From assembly GCA_045803545.1 (NCBI GenBank), contig JBJMOW010000005.1:1024001-1088000 (forward strand): a DNA stretch of 64,000 bases. The letters run 5' to 3'. Below, piece after piece: positions 10,057 through 19,340 of the stretch. The notes beneath the pieces were generated by a model that was not told where the DNA came from, ran no database searches, and was given only the letters and a program-made list of their open reading frames with translations. The first letter of the stretch is position 1. Each line of letters begins with the position of its first letter. Origin of the DNA: Gemmatimonadaceae bacterium (lineage in GTDB: Bacteria > Gemmatimonadota > Gemmatimonadetes > Gemmatimonadales > Gemmatimonadaceae). A program made the translations under genes and the position numbers.

Positions 10057-12360
10057 GTGACGCTTCCTCCGCTTCACGCATCCGGCTCAGGCGACACCAC
10101 GTTTTCGCCCTCCTCCCCCCTGAACGAGCGCTACACCGTCGAGCGCCTTATTGGCCACGGCGGGATGGCGACCGTGCACCTCGCCGAGGAGCGCAAGCAC
10201 AGTCGCAAGGTCGCGATCAAGGTGCTGCGCCAGGAGTTCGCGGCGTCGGTGGGCGCGGAGAGATTCCTGCGCGAGATCGGCATCGCCGCGCGCCTTTCGC
10301 ATCCGCACATCGTCCCGCTGATCGACTCGGGCGAATCGGAGGGATCGCTTTACTACGTCTCTCCGTTTATCCCGGGCGGCTCGCTGCGTGACAAGCTGAA
10401 TAAGGAAAAGCGGCTGGCGATCGATGAGTCAATGCGCATCGCCCATGAAGTCGCCACCGCACTCGACTACGCGCATCGCAACGGATTCGTCCACCGCGAT
10501 GTGAAGCCCGAGAACATTCTGTTCGCCGACGATCACGCGCTGCTCGCCGACTTCGGCATCGCGCATGTATCGACGGCGACATCCGGTCGATCGCTAACCG
10601 GGGGTGGGCTCGCGCTCGGTACTCCCGAGTACATGAGTCCCGAGCAAGCGGCTGGAGATGCGGAAATCGGCGTGCCAGGCGACGTCTACGGACTGGCGTG
10701 TGTGTTCTACGAAATGCTTGCCGGCGAGCCGCCGCTCCGCGGTGCGACAGCGCGCGCAACGATGGCAAAGCAGGTGACCGAGCGACCGCGTCCGCTGCGC
10801 AGCTTGCGCCCCGATGCGCCCGCCGGCTTCGAGCGCGTGCTGGAGATGGCGCTCGCTAAGGATCCCACCCAACGATACCAGAGCGTCGTTGAATTCTGTA
10901 GCGCTCTCGATCGAGCGCGAGTCGAGCCCAGTCGACACTTTGCCACGACGACGCGCGCCATCGCGGTGCTGCCGTTCGTAAATCTGAGCCCCGATCCCGA
11001 CAACGAGTATTTGAGCGATGGCATCACCGACGAGCTGATCAACGCCCTCGCGAAAGTCGAAGGATTGCGCATCGCCTCGCGCACCTCCGTATTTGCATTG
11101 AAGGGCAAAGCCCAGGACGTGCGCGCGATTGGTGCGCTGCTCGAAGCAACCGAAGTTCTGGAGGGATCGGTCCGTCGCTCGGGCGACAATCTGCGCATCA
11201 CGGTGCAGCTGACGTCGACCGATGATGGGCGCCTGATGTGGTCGGAGCGATACGACCGCAAGCTCCACGATGTCTTTGAGATTCAGGACGAGATCTCACG
11301 CACGATCGTGACGACGCTGCGCGCGACGACCTTCGCCGACCTTGTGCTGGCCCCGCAAAGCCGGCACACCGACAACATCCAGGCTTACGGGCTCTATCTC
11401 CGCGGGCGCTATGAATGGAGCAAACGCACGTCGAAGGCTGTCGCTGAAGGGATCAAGTTCTTCGAGCAGGCGATCGCACTCGATCCATCCTACGCGCTCG
11501 CCTACACCGGCCTCGCTGATTCCTATTCGCTGTGGCTGGACTATCGGAACGTGCCGGTGCACGAGGGCCACGAGAAAGCAAAGTTCTATGCCCGCAAAGC
11601 GATCGCGCTCGACGAGTCGCTCGCCGAGCCGCACGCATCGCTGGCATGGAGTCTTTTCATTTACGACTGGAAGTGGGATGAGGCGGCGCGTGAGTTCCGG
11701 CGCGCCATCGAGCTCGATCCGCGCTACGCGCCGGCGCACCAGTGGTACGCATTCCTCCTTGCATCGCAGGGAAAGTTCGACGAGGCGCTGATCGAAGGGC
11801 ACACCGCTCTCGATAACGATCCGGCATCCGTCTCAGTGCGACGCAGCCTCGGCTACTGCTATCTCTACGCCCGACGCTATGAGGCGGCGCGTTATCACCT
11901 CGATCGCGCCATCGCGATGAACCCGGTGGCTGAGGAGAGTTACCGCATCCAGGGATTGATCCTGACCTTTGCCGGCGACTTTGTCGGCGCGGAGCGTGTG
12001 CTACGGGAAGCGCTATCGCTCGCGCCACCGAGTGGTGCGACTACCAAGGCGACACTGGCTTACTCTCTTGCGCGCGGCGGAGATCTAACGTACGCGCGCG
12101 AAGTCGCCGCCGAATTTGAGCGCCGACGGCAGACCGAGTACATCTCGCCGGTCGATATGACGATGCTCGAGATGGGTCTCGGCAATTACAACCCTGCACT
12201 TGGCTGGATCGATCGCTCGATCACCGAGCGACGCGGATGGGCGGCGTACCTGCGCGTGCATCCGCTCGTCGATCCGCTGCGCGGCGATTCTCGATTCGAC
12301 GAGTTGATCAAGAAGATGACATTCGATGCGCCCGCGGCTCCGCCGGTGATACTGCCCTAA
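10057..12360 (+). CDS. Hanks-type Ser/Thr protein kinase with TolB-like and TPR domains
   Basis: GHGGMATV, VAIK, HRDVKPEN, DFG, GTPEYMSPEQ; IAVLPFVNLS...DGITDELI; TPR-like helices. Confidence 0.93.
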   Translation: MTLPPLHASGSGDTTFSPSSPLNERYTVERLIGHGGMATVHLAEERKHSRKVAIKVLRQEFAASVGAERFLREIGIAARLSHPHIVPLIDSGESEGSLYYVSPFIPGGSLRDKLNKEKRLAIDESMRIAHEVATALDYAHRNGFVHRDVKPENILFADDHALLADFGIAHVSTATSGRSLTGGGLALGTPEYMSPEQAAGDAEIGVPGDVYGLACVFYEMLAGEPPLRGATARATMAKQVTERPRPLRSLRPDAPAGFERVLEMALAKDPTQRYQSVVEFCSALDRARVEPSRHFATTTRAIAVLPFVNLSPDPDNEYLSDGITDELINALAKVEGLRIASRTSVFALKGKAQDVRAIGALLEATEVLEGSVRRSGDNLRITVQLTSTDDGRLMWSERYDRKLHDVFEIQDEISRTIVTTLRATTFADLVLAPQSRHTDNIQAYGLYLRGRYEWSKRTSKAVAEGIKFFEQAIALDPSYALAYTGLADSYSLWLDYRNVPVHEGHEKAKFYARKAIALDESLAEPHASLAWSLFIYDWKWDEAAREFRRAIELDPRYAPAHQWYAFLLASQGKFDEALIEGHTALDNDPASVSVRRSLGYCYLYARRYEAARYHLDRAIAMNPVAEESYRIQGLILTFAGDFVGAERVLREALSLAPPSGATTKATLAYSLARGGDLTYAREVAAEFERRRQTEYISPVDMTMLEMGLGNYNPALGWIDRSITERRGWAAYLRVHPLVDPLRGDSRFDELIKKMTFDAPAAPPVILP

Positions 12361-12364
12361 CGGG

Positions 12365-12931
12365 TCAGCGTGATAGCTCGAAGCGAGCGACTTCTTCGTA
12401 GCGAGCGGGACCGCCGCCGAGTCGGCTTCGATACAGGACAACCGCGTCTACCGGCATTCGCAGTCCAATTCTCGTGTTGGGCGAGACGAGCGTCTTCACC
12501 GAGACGGGTGGCTCGATCCGGCTGAGGGTGAGATGCGGCCTGAACTCCTTGGACTCGGCGGGAAATCCCGCGCCGCGCGCGGCGGCTTCGGCGATCGCGC
12601 CGAGCTGAATCAGACGCTCAGCGCCCTCGTCGACGCCCACCCACAGAATTCGCGCGCGACGAGGGTGAGGGAACGCGCCCAACTCGGAGAACCTTACCGT
12701 GAACGCCGCGCCGCAAGTCGCCGCTTTGAGTCGCGGGATGATGTCTTCGCGCACTGAAGGCAGAGTCGATCCGAGAAACCGCAGGGTGAAGTGCCAGTTC
12801 GGCGGCGGGACCGGTTTGCCCGGTAGATTTGATGGCAGCAGCTTCTGGAGACCTCGTCGCGCATCGTCGGTGAGCGGCACGGCAATAAAAAGACGCTCCG
12901 GCTTTTCGGCCGCGTCAATGGTCATCGACAC
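12365..12931 (-). CDS. thpR: RNA 2',3'-cyclic phosphodiesterase (2H phosphoesterase)
   Basis: RLFIAV, HFTLRFLG and PHLTLSR 2H motifs. Confidence 0.92.
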   Translation of the reverse strand: MSMTIDAAEKPERLFIAVPLTDDARRGLQKLLPSNLPGKPVPPPNWHFTLRFLGSTLPSVREDIIPRLKAATCGAAFTVRFSELGAFPHPRRARILWVGVDEGAERLIQLGAIAEAAARGAGFPAESKEFRPHLTLSRIEPPVSVKTLVSPNTRIGLRMPVDAVVLYRSRLGGGPARYEEVARFELSR

Positions 12932-12937
12932 GATTTA

Positions 12938-14392
12938 CTAGAGGATGTAGCGACGCAGATCTTCGTCGTCGGCGATTGTCTTGAGGCGGTCGCGCACCAA
13001 CTGCTGGTCGACGCGAATGGCCTTCTGCTCGCTGTCAGGCAATCCGAACAGAACTTCCTCGAGCAACGTCGTCATCACGGTATGCAATCGACGCGCGCCG
13101 ATGTTTTCCATCCGCTCGTTTACGTGGGCGGCAATTTTCGCTATCTCGGCGATTCCATCAGGCGTGAATTCGAGCGATGCGCCGTCGGCCTCGATCAGTG
13201 CAGAGTACTGTTTGGTGAGCGCGTTCTCCGGCTCGGTCATTATCCGCACGAAGTCCTGCTCCGTCAAAGAATCCAGCTCGACGCGAATGGGAAATCTTCC
13301 CTGCAGCTCGGGAATCAGATCGCTCGGCTTGGCGACGTGGAACGCACCGGCGGCAATGAATAGCACGTGATCCGTCTTTACCATTCCGTGCTTGGTCTGA
13401 ACGTTGGACCCCTCGACGATCGGCAGCAGATCGCGCTGCACGCCCTCCCGGGAGACGTCGGGTCCACCGGTGCTCGGCCCGCGCTGGCCGGCGATCTTGT
13501 CGATCTCGTCGAGGAAGATGATCCCCATCGTCTGCACGCGGTCGAGCGCGTCGGCGGTGACGTCTTCCTTGTTGATCAATTTCTCCAGCTCTTCGCCGAG
13601 CAGAATCCGCCGGGCTTCCGAGACCTTCACCGTTCTTTTCTTTTTGCGCTTTGGCAGCATGTCCTGGAGCATCTCGGACAAATTGTCCATGCCTTCCGGC
13701 GCACCCTGCGGCACCATCATGTCGAACATCACCGGCGCTTGGGCAGTGACTTCGATCTCGATCTCGCGCTCTTCGAGATCTCCGTTAAGAAGCAGAGCCT
13801 TCAGTTTTTCGCGCGTGCGCTTGTAGCGAACTTCGGAAGCATCGGTCTCACTCGAGACGGCACCGGCAGGTGAGACGACGAAGAGATGCGCGCCACCGCC
13901 GGCGGCAGCGGTGGGTCTTGCTGCCTCTTTGATATCCGGCGGGACAGGCAGCAGCAAATCAAGCAATCGTTCTTCGACTTTCTGCTTCGCGATCTCCTGC
14001 ACTTCGCCTTCTCGCTCACCCCTCACCATATTGATGGCGCTCTCCACCAGATCGCGCACCATCGACTCGACATCTCGGCCGACATAGCCGACCTCGGTGA
14101 ACTTCGACGCCTCTACTTTCACGAAGGGTGCGCCGGCGAGTCGAGCCAGCCGACGAGCGATCTCTGTCTTTCCGACGCCGGTCGGTCCGACGAGGATGAT
14201 GTTGTTGGGCGAGATCTCTTCCCGGATTTTTTCCGGCGCGCGCTGACGCCGCCAGCGATTGCGCAACGCGATCGCCACCGCTTTCTTGGCATCAGCCTGA
14301 CCCACGATGTAGCGATCGAGCTCCTCAACGATCTGTCGCGGAGTCAGCGTCGTCAGCTTCTCCAGCGCCTGCTGGGTGCGGGGCGATGCCAT
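12938..14392 (-). CDS. hslU: ATP-dependent protease ATPase subunit HslU
   Basis: [40 protein letters not shown]-terminal RYIL; ATG overlaps the hslV stop. Confidence 0.97.
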   Translation of the reverse strand: MASPRTQQALEKLTTLTPRQIVEELDRYIVGQADAKKAVAIALRNRWRRQRAPEKIREEISPNNIILVGPTGVGKTEIARRLARLAGAPFVKVEASKFTEVGYVGRDVESMVRDLVESAINMVRGEREGEVQEIAKQKVEERLLDLLLPVPPDIKEAARPTAAAGGGAHLFVVSPAGAVSSETDASEVRYKRTREKLKALLLNGDLEEREIEIEVTAQAPVMFDMMVPQGAPEGMDNLSEMLQDMLPKRKKKRTVKVSEARRILLGEELEKLINKEDVTADALDRVQTMGIIFLDEIDKIAGQRGPSTGGPDVSREGVQRDLLPIVEGSNVQTKHGMVKTDHVLFIAAGAFHVAKPSDLIPELQGRFPIRVELDSLTEQDFVRIMTEPENALTKQYSALIEADGASLEFTPDGIAEIAKIAAHVNERMENIGARRLHTVMTTLLEEVLFGLPDSEQKAIRVDQQLVRDRLKTIADDEDLRRYIL

Positions 14393-14931
14393 CAGCCTGG
14401 CTCCAGCACTGTGATGTTGGCGTTGGTGTACACGCAGATCTCGGCGGCAATCTCCAGCCCGCGTTGCACGATCTCGCGCGGCGCCAGGTCGGTGTTCTGC
14501 AAGAGGGCGCGAGCAGCAGCGAGCGCGTAGGATCCGCCCGAGCCAATCGCCAGGATGCCGTCGTCGGGTTCGATGATATCGCCGGTTCCGGAGATTACAA
14601 AGCTGTGATCCCGATCGGTGACAGCGAGTAGCGCTTCGAGCCGGCGCAGCACCCGGTCGCTGCGCCAATCCTTGGCGAGCTCGACCGCGGCGCGCGGCAA
14701 GTTCCCGGGATAGCGCTCGAGCTTCTCTTCGAACTTCTCGAACAGCGTGAACGCGTCGGCCGCCGCGCCGGCAAATCCCGCCAGCAGCTTGCCGCCGTGT
14801 AGGGACCGCACCTTCTGGGCGTTCGATTTCATCACCGTTTGACCAACGGTGACCTGTCCATCCCCGCCGAGGGCCACCTTCCCGTCCCGGCGGACAGAAA
14901 GAATGGTCGTCGACCTGACCTTTTCGAGCAT
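14392..14931 (-). CDS. hslV: ATP-dependent protease subunit HslV
   Basis: TTILSVR, GDGQVT, GFAG, IGSGG, ICVYTN. Confidence 0.97.
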   Translation of the reverse strand: MLEKVRSTTILSVRRDGKVALGGDGQVTVGQTVMKSNAQKVRSLHGGKLLAGFAGAAADAFTLFEKFEEKLERYPGNLPRAAVELAKDWRSDRVLRRLEALLAVTDRDHSFVISGTGDIIEPDDGILAIGSGGSYALAAARALLQNTDLAPREIVQRGLEIAAEICVYTNANITVLEPG

Positions 14932-14943
14932 GGATGAAAGTAA

Positions 14944-15073
14944 CGGGAAGCGGGAGGCGGGAAGCGGGAGGGGGGAAGCGGGAGGGGGAACGGGGAAACC
15001 CCGAGCGCCAGGCTACGCCTCCCGCTTCCCGCTTCCCGCTTCCCTCTTCCCGCCTCCCGCTTCCCGCTTCCCG
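14944..15073. repeat. Inverted pair of heptamer arrays: 6 G-rich units (14944-14985) and 8 C-rich units (15018-15073)
   Basis: cgggaag/cgggagg array facing a cttcccg/cctcccg array. Confidence 0.9.
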
Positions 15074-15106
15074 CTCCTTCGCCCCGATCTTGCTCTTAAG
15101 CTTCCT

Positions 15107-15487
15107 ATGAGAGTCGAACAATTCCCCCTGCTACTCGGAGTTCTGGTAGCGTTGGTTGGCTTAACGATCCTTCTGGACGCCTGGCAAACCGGGGGTGTCG
15201 CCCCATTCCGCGAGCGCCGCCGCCGTGTCCGCGCCGTGCCCAATAAAGGGGGTCAGACGCTGATTGCCCTGGGTACGCTATGCATGGCTGCCGCGCTGTT
15301 CGGCCGAGATACGTGGCGCTGGGGGACGATCGCGGTGCTTACGGGCGCGGCGCTGCTTATCGTCGGGTCGTTCATGAACCGCGCTTATTTAAAGGAAGTG
15401 CTGCTCTTCCGCGGAGCCGCGCGCAGGGGTCAAGGGGAGTCGCACTCGCGGATCGATCAGACGCCGCCCAAGACCAGGATCCGCTGA
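15107..15487 (+). CDS. Hypothetical membrane protein (about 3 TM)
   Basis: ATG MRVEQFP, three hydrophobic segments, fills the gap between hslV and the oxidoreductase. Confidence 0.7.
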   Translation: MRVEQFPLLLGVLVALVGLTILLDAWQTGGVAPFRERRRRVRAVPNKGGQTLIALGTLCMAAALFGRDTWRWGTIAVLTGAALLIVGSFMNRAYLKEVLLFRGAARRGQGESHSRIDQTPPKTRIR

Positions 15488-15495
15488 CGCAGTTC

Positions 15496-16218
15496 CTAAA
15501 CGCCCCCGTACCACTCATATCCACGGTCCGACCAGTAGCCGCCGTTCATCGTCGGCATGAACACGATTCGGGTGAGATACTTGGTGTTCTTGTAGCCGAG
15601 TTTGACGGGCGAGTAGACCCGCGCAGGAGCTCCGTGCGCTGGCTCCAGTAGCTTGCCGTCGAGCCCGTAAGCGACGACGGTCTGAGGGTGCATCGCACTC
15701 TCCATGTCCCAGCTCTCGTGATATTCGTCGTCGAATGATTGGAAATCGACGAACTTCGCCTGCGGATCGGGCTGCACGAGTGCGGCGAGGTCTTTGAACG
15801 GAACGCCCGTCCACGTTTCGACAGCCGTCCATCCCTCGACGCAGTAGTGATTCACCCGATTCGATATCTGAGGCAGCCGCTGTAGGTCATCGAGAGTCAA
15901 TCGCAGCGGAATGCCAACCATGCCGTTTACTTCGAGCGACCACTTTCCGCGCGCGCTCTCATCCCATACCGGAACCGTGGGCGCGACATAGTACGATGGA
16001 AGCTTGTTGCCCGCATCGTACGCCCCTCCCCGCACGACATCCATTCGCGTGTGCCGAAACAATTTCGTCTCGAGGCCGCGATTCTTGCGCTCTGCGTACT
16101 TTAGCAACCGGTCGGCGGCCTTTGGTCCGCGCGAATTGCACGCAGCGATTAGAGCCGCGGAGATCAGTCCGCTGCTGCGCCAGATGAACTCGCGGCGATC
16201 GGGATCGCGCTCGCTCAC
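15496..16218 (-). CDS. Molybdopterin-dependent oxidoreductase, sulfite oxidase/MsrP-like, Tat lipoprotein
   Basis: RREF Tat motif, AAC lipobox, HYCVEGW, HPQT, HGAPAR, KLGYKNTK. Confidence 0.88.
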   Translation of the reverse strand: MSERDPDRREFIWRSSGLISAALIAACNSRGPKAADRLLKYAERKNRGLETKLFRHTRMDVVRGGAYDAGNKLPSYYVAPTVPVWDESARGKWSLEVNGMVGIPLRLTLDDLQRLPQISNRVNHYCVEGWTAVETWTGVPFKDLAALVQPDPQAKFVDFQSFDDEYHESWDMESAMHPQTVVAYGLDGKLLEPAHGAPARVYSPVKLGYKNTKYLTRIVFMPTMNGGYWSDRGYEWYGGV

Positions 16219-16964
16219 GTTGGCTCCGACGGCGGCGCCGGGATCACGGAAGGTGATCGTCGTCGCGGAAAGAGATGGTAGAACGGCCGCGCGTTGCGCA
16301 CCTCCGGCGAATACTCAGGATTGTAGTTCCCCGTGATCATCGACGGGATCGAATACGGATCTACCGCAAACACCATGAAGACGTGCACCACGCTCAGGAT
16401 CACGATCCCCAGCATGGCGAGGAAGTGCCAGTAACGCGCCCACACGTAACCGCCAAATAATCCAGTGAGCGGCGCGAGCTGCACAGGCTTCCAGATCGCG
16501 AGACCGGTGAGCACGGCAAGGAGCCCGAACACAGGCAACAGAAAGTAAGCGGTCTTCTGCAGCGCGTTGTGCTTGCCCTGATGCGGATGGTCCTTGCGAC
16601 GGAAGGTGTAGAACTTGACCATCTGCCAGCTGTCACGAACATCGCCTTTGCGCGGGACCAGATCGCGCCATTCACCGTGCAGATAAATGAACGTGATGTA
16701 AACAAGCCCATTGACGACGAGCAGCCACATCGCCGCGAAGTGCCAGTGGCGCGCGCCACCGAGCCAGCCACCGAACGTCAGCCAGGCCGGAATTGGCTTG
16801 TGCTCGAACGGATAGCAGCAAAACATCTCGCCCTTGCGAGCGAACGCGGGATATGCGTTGAAAATACGAAGTCCGCTGCCGACCATAATGATGATCGCAA
16901 GCACGTTCACCCAATGGGTGACGCGAACGATCCAATGATGGCGTTTTGCCGGCTTTGTGTGCAC
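16215..16964 (-). CDS. Di-heme cytochrome b subunit (Ni_hydr_CYTB/YdhU-like)
   Basis: RVTHW, RHWHF, HNALQK, RYWHF...VHV; 4 TM; coupled to the oxidoreductase. Confidence 0.88.
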   Translation of the reverse strand: MHTKPAKRHHWIVRVTHWVNVLAIIIMVGSGLRIFNAYPAFARKGEMFCCYPFEHKPIPAWLTFGGWLGGARHWHFAAMWLLVVNGLVYITFIYLHGEWRDLVPRKGDVRDSWQMVKFYTFRRKDHPHQGKHNALQKTAYFLLPVFGLLAVLTGLAIWKPVQLAPLTGLFGGYVWARYWHFLAMLGIVILSVVHVFMVFAVDPYSIPSMITGNYNPEYSPEVRNARPFYHLFPRRRSPSVIPAPPSEPT

Positions 16965-16983
16965 AGCGAGAAACTACTGCCGG

Positions 16984-17949
16984 CTAGGCCCGCGGGTGAG
17001 CCTTGTTGTAGACCTGCTTCAAGCGCTCAATGCTCGTGTGAGTGTAAATCTGGGTGGTAGAGATCGACGAGTGACCCAGCAGCTCCTGCACGGCCCGCAG
17101 ATCGGCGCCGGCGTCGAGCAGATGTGTCGCGAACGAGTGACGCAGCGAGTGGGTCGAAAGTCCGGAGCTTTCGTCGATGAGATCGAGGAAGCTCTTAACA
17201 GCGTTCTGGATCGCCCGCACGGAGATGCGCTTTCCTCGGCTGCTCAGAAAGAAGGCGGTGCGGTCCCCAGCCTGCCCAATCGCGCGCAGCAGCTCGTCGC
17301 GCTTCGACTCGTAGTTTCTCAACGCGAGCTGCGCGTGATCGCCAATTGGAATGATGCGCTCCTTCCTGCCCTTCCCCCGCACCTTCACTTGTTGCGACAG
17401 TAGATCGATGTCCATCCGATTGATACCGCGGAGCTCCGACAATCTCATACCCGTTGAATAAAACAGCTCGAGGATCGCCGAGTTCCTGATATCGGTGAAT
17501 CGGCCTGCCTGCGCGCGCAGCTGGGCGTTCTCGAATAGCAGATCGATCTGCGTGCGATCGAGATACGCCGGGAGGTACTTGTCCTGCTTCGGTGTGTTCA
17601 CGCCGCGCGCTGGATTCGCCTCCACGATCTCATTTCGATGCAGATACTTGTAGAAGCTGCGAATCGCCGACAAGCTGCGCGCGATGGAGCGCTTGTTGAG
17701 TTTCTTGCGCGTCAGGTGTCCGAGAAAGCCGCGAATAGCCAGGCGATCGAGCCCCTGCCACGTCCACTCCCGCGCACCGTAGTAGGAGCCAAGGAATTGA
17801 ACAAACTCATCAAGGTCGCGTCTGTAGGCGACGACGGTATTGGGAGAAACGTCGCGCTCTTTTTCGAGGTGGGTTAGAAAATCCGAGACTGGCTGCGGCC
17901 GATCATCGTTCCCTGCATCCGCAGCCCGCTTCCCGCCTCCCGCCCTCAC
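16984..17949 (-). CDS. xerC: Tyrosine recombinase XerC
   Basis: SPNTVVAY, TGMRLSE, GKGRKER, HSLRHSFATH, LLGH...TQIYTH; start set at the GTG overlapping the trmFO stop. Confidence 0.9.
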   Translation of the reverse strand: MRAGGGKRAADAGNDDRPQPVSDFLTHLEKERDVSPNTVVAYRRDLDEFVQFLGSYYGAREWTWQGLDRLAIRGFLGHLTRKKLNKRSIARSLSAIRSFYKYLHRNEIVEANPARGVNTPKQDKYLPAYLDRTQIDLLFENAQLRAQAGRFTDIRNSAILELFYSTGMRLSELRGINRMDIDLLSQQVKVRGKGRKERIIPIGDHAQLALRNYESKRDELLRAIGQAGDRTAFFLSSRGKRISVRAIQNAVKSFLDLIDESSGLSTHSLRHSFATHLLDAGADLRAVQELLGHSSISTTQIYTHTSIERLKQVYNKAHPRA

Positions 17950-19340
17950 CGGTTCACCATCGCGCCGAGCACATCGTTCGCCTCGATCCAAATCTGCATA
18001 TCCCGTAGCGCACGTTCGGCGAATAGCTCCCGTTTCTTTTTCTTGTCGCGAATCTTTTCGCCGAGATCGTCGAGCAGACCGAAGTTGGCATTCATCGGCT
18101 GAAAATGCGCAGGATCTGCTTCTCGCATGTAGCGATAAAGCGCCCCCAGCATCGTGGTCGGCGGCGGGATCACAGGCTCGTCGCCGTTGAGCAAGCGCGC
18201 GAGGTTGATCCCGGCCAGCAAACCTGTAGCGGACGATTCCGTGTAGCCCTCGACGCCAGTGATCTGGCCAGCGAACAGAATCGTCGGATCGTCTCGAGTC
18301 GACAGATGCGCGCTCAAAGCACCCGGCGAGTTGAGGTAGGAATTCCGATGGATCGATCCGTAGCGGAGAAATTCCGCCTGTTCGAGACCCGGAATCATTC
18401 GCAGCACTCGCTGCTGCTCCGGAATCCGCAGCCGCGTTTGAAAGCCTACGAGGTTCCACATCCGCCCGGCGCGATCTTCCTGACGCAGTTGCACGACAGC
18501 GTACGCTTCGCGCCCAGTCCGCGGATCGCGCAACCCGACCGGCTTCAGTGGGCCAAATCTCATAGTGTCGCGCCCCCGCTTCGCCATCACTTCGACCGGC
18601 ATGCAGCCTTCGAAGTAGGGGACTTCGTCGAATTCATGCCCGTGATACTGATCCGCAGCGATCAGCGCATCGAGAAACGCGTCGTACTTCTCGCGCGACA
18701 TCGGACAGTTGAGATAGGCGCCGACATCGTCCGCGCCATCCATTGTCTCCTTCCCATAACGAGAGGCGCGAAAGACTACGGCGTCATCGATCGATTCCCG
18801 CGCGACGATCGGCGCAATCGCATCGTAGAACGCCAGGGCACCGACTCCGAGCCGTCCGCGAATGGCCTCGGCAAGTTTGTCTGACGTGAGAGGACCGGTT
18901 GCAATAATGCACGGCCCATCCAGCGTCGACACTTCACCGCGGCCTACGGTGATGCGTGGCTCACCAGCAATGCGTTCTGAAACTGTCGACGAGAAAACAT
19001 CGCGGTCGACTGCGAGAGCAGTTCCCGCCTGCACTCGTGCGAGGTCGGCCGCCTCCAGAATGATCGAGCCAAGCAAACGCATTTCCGCCTTGAGGAGTCC
19101 ATGCGCGTTGGTGAGCTCAGTGCTCTTGAAGGTGTTCGAGCACACCAGTTCGGCGAGCTGGTCGGTCTTGTGCGCCGGCGTCGTCACGACCGGCCGCATT
19201 TCCTGGAGCTTTACATCAATCCCGCGCGACGCGAGCTGCCACGCCGCTTCCGACCCGGCGAGCCCGCCCCCCACGACGGTAACGGCGGCCGGCCCGAGTC
19301 GCGCCTCCCGCCTCCCGCTTCCCGCTTCCCGCCGGTTCAC
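17946..19340 (-). CDS. trmFO: tRNA m5U54 methyltransferase TrmFO (Gid)
   Basis: GGGLAGSEAA, ELVCSN, FYDAIAP, FEGCMP, GFQTRL, FAGQITGVEGY, FQPMNANFG. Confidence 0.96.
   Translation of the reverse strand: MNRREAGSGRREARLGPAAVTVVGGGLAGSEAAWQLASRGIDVKLQEMRPVVTTPAHKTDQLAELVCSNTFKSTELTNAHGLLKAEMRLLGSIILEAADLARVQAGTALAVDRDVFSSTVSERIAGEPRITVGRGEVSTLDGPCIIATGPLTSDKLAEAIRGRLGVGALAFYDAIAPIVARESIDDAVVFRASRYGKETMDGADDVGAYLNCPMSREKYDAFLDALIAADQYHGHEFDEVPYFEGCMPVEVMAKRGRDTMRFGPLKPVGLRDPRTGREAYAVVQLRQEDRAGRMWNLVGFQTRLRIPEQQRVLRMIPGLEQAEFLRYGSIHRNSYLNSPGALSAHLSTRDDPTILFAGQITGVEGYTESSATGLLAGINLARLLNGDEPVIPPPTTMLGALYRYMREADPAHFQPMNANFGLLDDLGEKIRDKKKKRELFAERALRDMQIWIEANDVLGAMVNR

Noticed and set aside
14393..15121. 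N-terminal extension making HslU 727 aa
   Set aside because: It overlaps hslV in another frame and reads through the repeat; the real start is at 14392
16984..17949. Integrase of a mobile element
   Set aside because: Housekeeping XerC context; no att sites or cargo genes
17950..18459. N-terminal extension of XerC
   Set aside because: Alternate frame of trmFO
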